NCBI GenBank assembly: GCA_950097015.1
Contig: CATNEN010000039.1
Coordinates: forward strand, 15,004,001-15,068,000
Source: Macrostomum hystrix
Lineage: Eukaryota > Animalia > Platyhelminthes
DNA: 64,000 nucleotides
Direction: 5' to 3'
Shown: positions 60,752-64,000 of the stretch, in pieces
How the letters are laid out: each line of letters opens with the position of its first letter
Position numbering within the stretch: the stretch's first letter is position 1
Position numbers and translations under genes: made by a program
Notes under the pieces: model-generated
Databases searched by the model: none
Told to the model about the DNA's origin: nothing
What the model saw: the letters and a program-made list of their open reading frames with translations, nothing else

Positions 60752-62709
60752 TTCTCCTGCCATTCTCACCTGTTCTCCTGCCATTCTCACCTGTTCTCCT
60801 GCCATTCTCACCTGTTCTCCTGCCATTCTCACCTGTTCTCCTGCCAATCTCACCTGTTCTCCTGCCAATCTCACCTGTTCTCCTGCAATTCTCACCTGTT
60901 CTCCTGCCAATCTCACCTGTTCTCCTGCCATTCTCACCTGTTCTCCTGCCATTCTCACCTGTTCTCCTGCCATTCTCACCTGTTCTCCTGCCATTCTTAC
61001 CTGTTCTCCTGCCATTCTCACCTGTTCTCCTGCCATTCTCACCTGTTCTCCTGCCATTCTTACCTGTTCTCCTGCCATTCTCACCTGTTCTCCTGCCAAT
61101 CTCACCTGTTCTCCTGCCAATCTCACCTGTTCTCCCGCCAATCTCACCTGTTCTCCTGCCAATCTCACCTGTTCTCCTGCCAATCTCACCTGTTCTCCTG
61201 CCAATCTCACCTGTTCTCCTACTATTCTCACCTGTTCTGCTATCATTCCCACCTGTTCTCCTACCATTCTCACCTGTTCTCCTACCATTCTCACCTGTTC
61301 TCCTACCATTCTCACCTGTTCTCCTACAATTCTCACCTGTTCTACTATCATTCTTACCTGTTCTACTATCATTCCCACCTGTTCTACTATCATTCTCACC
61401 TGTTCTCCGACTATTCTCACCTGTTCTACTACCATTCTCACCTGTTCTACTATTATTCTTACCTTTTCTACTATCATTCCCACCTGTTCTACTACCATTC
61501 TCACCTGTTCTCCTACAATTCTCACCTGTTCTACTATCATTCTTACCTGTTCTGCTATCATTCCCACCTGTTCTACTATCATTCTCACCTGTTCTACTAC
61601 AATTCTCACCTGTTCTTCTATCATTCTTACCCGTTCTACTATCATTCTTACCTGTTCTACTATCATTCCCACCTGTTCTACTATCATTCTCACCTGTTCT
61701 ACTATCATTCTTACCTGTTCTACTATCATTCCCACCTGTTCTACTATCATTCTTACCTGTTCTCCTACAATTCTCACCTGTTCTACTATCATTCTTACCT
61801 GTTCTACTATCATTCCCACCTGTTCTACTATCATTCTCACCTGTTCTACTATCATTCTTACCTGTTCTACTATCATTCCCTCCTGTTCTACTATCATTCT
61901 CACCTGTTCTCCGACTATTCTCACCTGTTCTACTACCATTCTAACCTGTTCTACTATTATTCTTACCTTTTCTACTATCATTCCCACCTGTTCTACTACC
62001 ATTCTCACCTGTTATCCTACAATTCTCACCTGTTCTACTATAATTCTTACCTGTTCTGCTATCATTCCCACCTGTTCTACTATCATTCTGACCTGTTCTA
62101 CTACAATTCTCACCTGTTCTTCTATCATTCTTACCTGTTCTACTATCATTCTTACCTGTTCTGCTATCATTCCCTCCTGTTCTACTATCATTCTCACCTG
62201 TTCTCCGACTATTCTCACCTGTTCTACTACCATTCTAACCTGTTCTACTATTATTCTTACCTTTTCTACTATCATTCCCACCTGTTCTACTACCATTCTC
62301 ACCTGTTATCCTACAATTCTCACCTGTTCTACTATAATTCTTACCTGTTCTGCTATCATTCCCACCTGTTCTACTATCATTCTGACCTGTTCTCCTACAA
62401 TTCTCACCTGTTCTTCTATCATTCTTACCTGTTCTACTATCATTCTTACCGGTTCTACTATCATTCCCACCTGTTCTACTATCATTCTCACCTGTTCTCC
62501 GATTATTCTCACCTGTTCTACTATCATTCTTTCCTTCTACTATCATTCTTACCTTCTACTATCATTCCCACCTGTTCTACTATCATTCTCACCTGTTCTC
62601 CTACAATTCTCACCTGTTCTACTAGCATTCTTACCTGTTCTACTATCATTCTCACCTGTTCTCCTACTATTCTCACCTGTTCTACTACCATTCTCACCTG
62701 TTCTCCTAC
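60752..62709 (-). repeat. Inverted copy of the 21-bp GAACAGGTGAGAATGGTAGGA satellite
   Basis: Plus strand reads TCCTACCATTCTCACCTGTTC and variants; about 93 units. Confidence 0.97.
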
Positions 62710-63356
62710 ATGTATCTCTGTTTCGCCATTGTTTCTTCTGCTTTCCTATTTTCTTTATTTGAAATTTGGGCCACATTTTTTTATAGTCATTGTTGAGAGA
62801 GTCAGAAATGTTACCCGTCAGTCATTCCTCGCCTCACCTTATATACACTTCTGCCCTGTCGTGTCGCATTATTGTTTAAAATTAAACAACAGGAGAACTT
62901 CAGTAACCAGCAAAGCCTATTGATAAAATCAGATTTCATGAAGCTTTCTAACTTTGGAAAGGTAATATGAATGTAATCGATTATGGACTCTACAATGTTG
63001 ACTTAATTTAAAATGCCTTTGATGTTGCTAAGGTTATAGGCAATGGGGAATGGGGAGCATTGCTTTTCAATGCTGAAGATCATCACAGATAGCTGAAAGT
63101 TCACTTAATCTAATTAATTAGCAATGATTTGTTTCGTTTAAACTATTTACAGAAAATAACAATTTTGTTGTTTTCAAAATACACTTAATTTAAAACTAAT
63201 GACTCTAGCAATTTGGCAAATTGAAATTGCTTTTTTAAAGCAATTGCTGGCACTTTCAAGTTGAGAAGGCAGTACGATTGGAAGGAATTTTCAACGAACG
63301 CCTATTATGTATATCGACAGCCTTTTTTAATTCTCGGAAAGCAGAGAGGGAGTGAA

Positions 63357-63517
63357 TCATCACAGATCCTCACAGAGCCTCACAGAGCCTCACAGATCCT
63401 CACAGATCCTCACAGATACTCACAGATCCTCACAGATCCTCACAGATCCTCACAGATCCTCACAGATCCTAACCGATACTCACAGATCCTCACAGATCCT
63501 CACAGATCCTCACAGAT
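63357..63517. repeat. 10-bp repeat (CACAGATCCT)n
   Basis: About 16 units. Confidence 0.95.
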
Positions 63518-64000
63518 CATAAAAATCCCTAAAGTTACTTATCAGAGAACAATTTTTCAAGTCTTATCATCCCTGCACATTTTATTAAGTTCACTAAAAG
63601 TGCTTAATACAAATATAAATAATTATATTTAATGATAACTTAAAAAAAATAATCTTTCTATTTGTCAGCAGTTTTTCTCACTTGTCCATTTTCTCCCAGT
63701 CGTGCGTGGATGCAAGAAGTGCAAATATTTTAGACTGTGTGAACAGACTGCTAAGGACAAAGGCCATTAAAAATTCTGTAGATTTTATTCCTATACAAAA
63801 GGCCTAGCGCCTACATCTCAGTAGAGGCATTGATCCTGGCTTGTTAGTGCCGTTAACACTGTGCATTTTTTTAATCATAGTCAATGTGGCACTAACTTCT
63901 GTATCAGCATCCTATCTAACCCTGAATCCGTCCTGTCTCCTCAGTCAATGAGATACTCTCTATACGCGTATGCGGATTAGGGGGGTGAGGTTGGTTGGTT

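Noticed and set aside
60665-62923. Long ORFs of 422-736 aa
   Set aside because: Translations of a 21-bp satellite, open in several frames and on both strands; same for the ORFs at 2060, 5286, 21592, 24296, 25192, 31106, 32175, 36591, 50348 and 53440.

Overview
Eukaryotic (metazoan) genomic DNA with GT-AG introns, GC-rich exons and AT-rich, tandem-repeat-saturated introns and spacers. The style resembles a Macrostomum-type flatworm genome (inference only). Six protein-coding genes were assembled by hand with consistent intron phases: DUS1L (+, 4 visible exons, start unresolved); an intronless NHL-repeat gene nested on the same strand in a DUS1L intron; two tail-to-tail paralogous RING-CH/MARCH-like two-TM genes with discordant intron positions; PSMD12/RPN5 (+, 6 exons, 437 aa); and a divergent AGC-like kinase. 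About 30 mini/microsatellite arrays (units 5-55 bp, including an 11.4-kb 31-bp array inside a DUS1L intron), two tRNA-derived SINE families, a hAT-like MITE, a piggyBac-like MITE and weak Helitron/Penelope remnants fill the rest. The most notable patterns are: arrays whose edge units overlap real splice sites; a 21-bp satellite made of 5'-splice-site consensus copies; and a roughly 9-kb mirror-symmetric arrangement of satellites at 53.4-62.7 kb. Most long ORFs in the ORF track are translations of repeats. No CRISPR array, rRNA or intact tRNA is supported.
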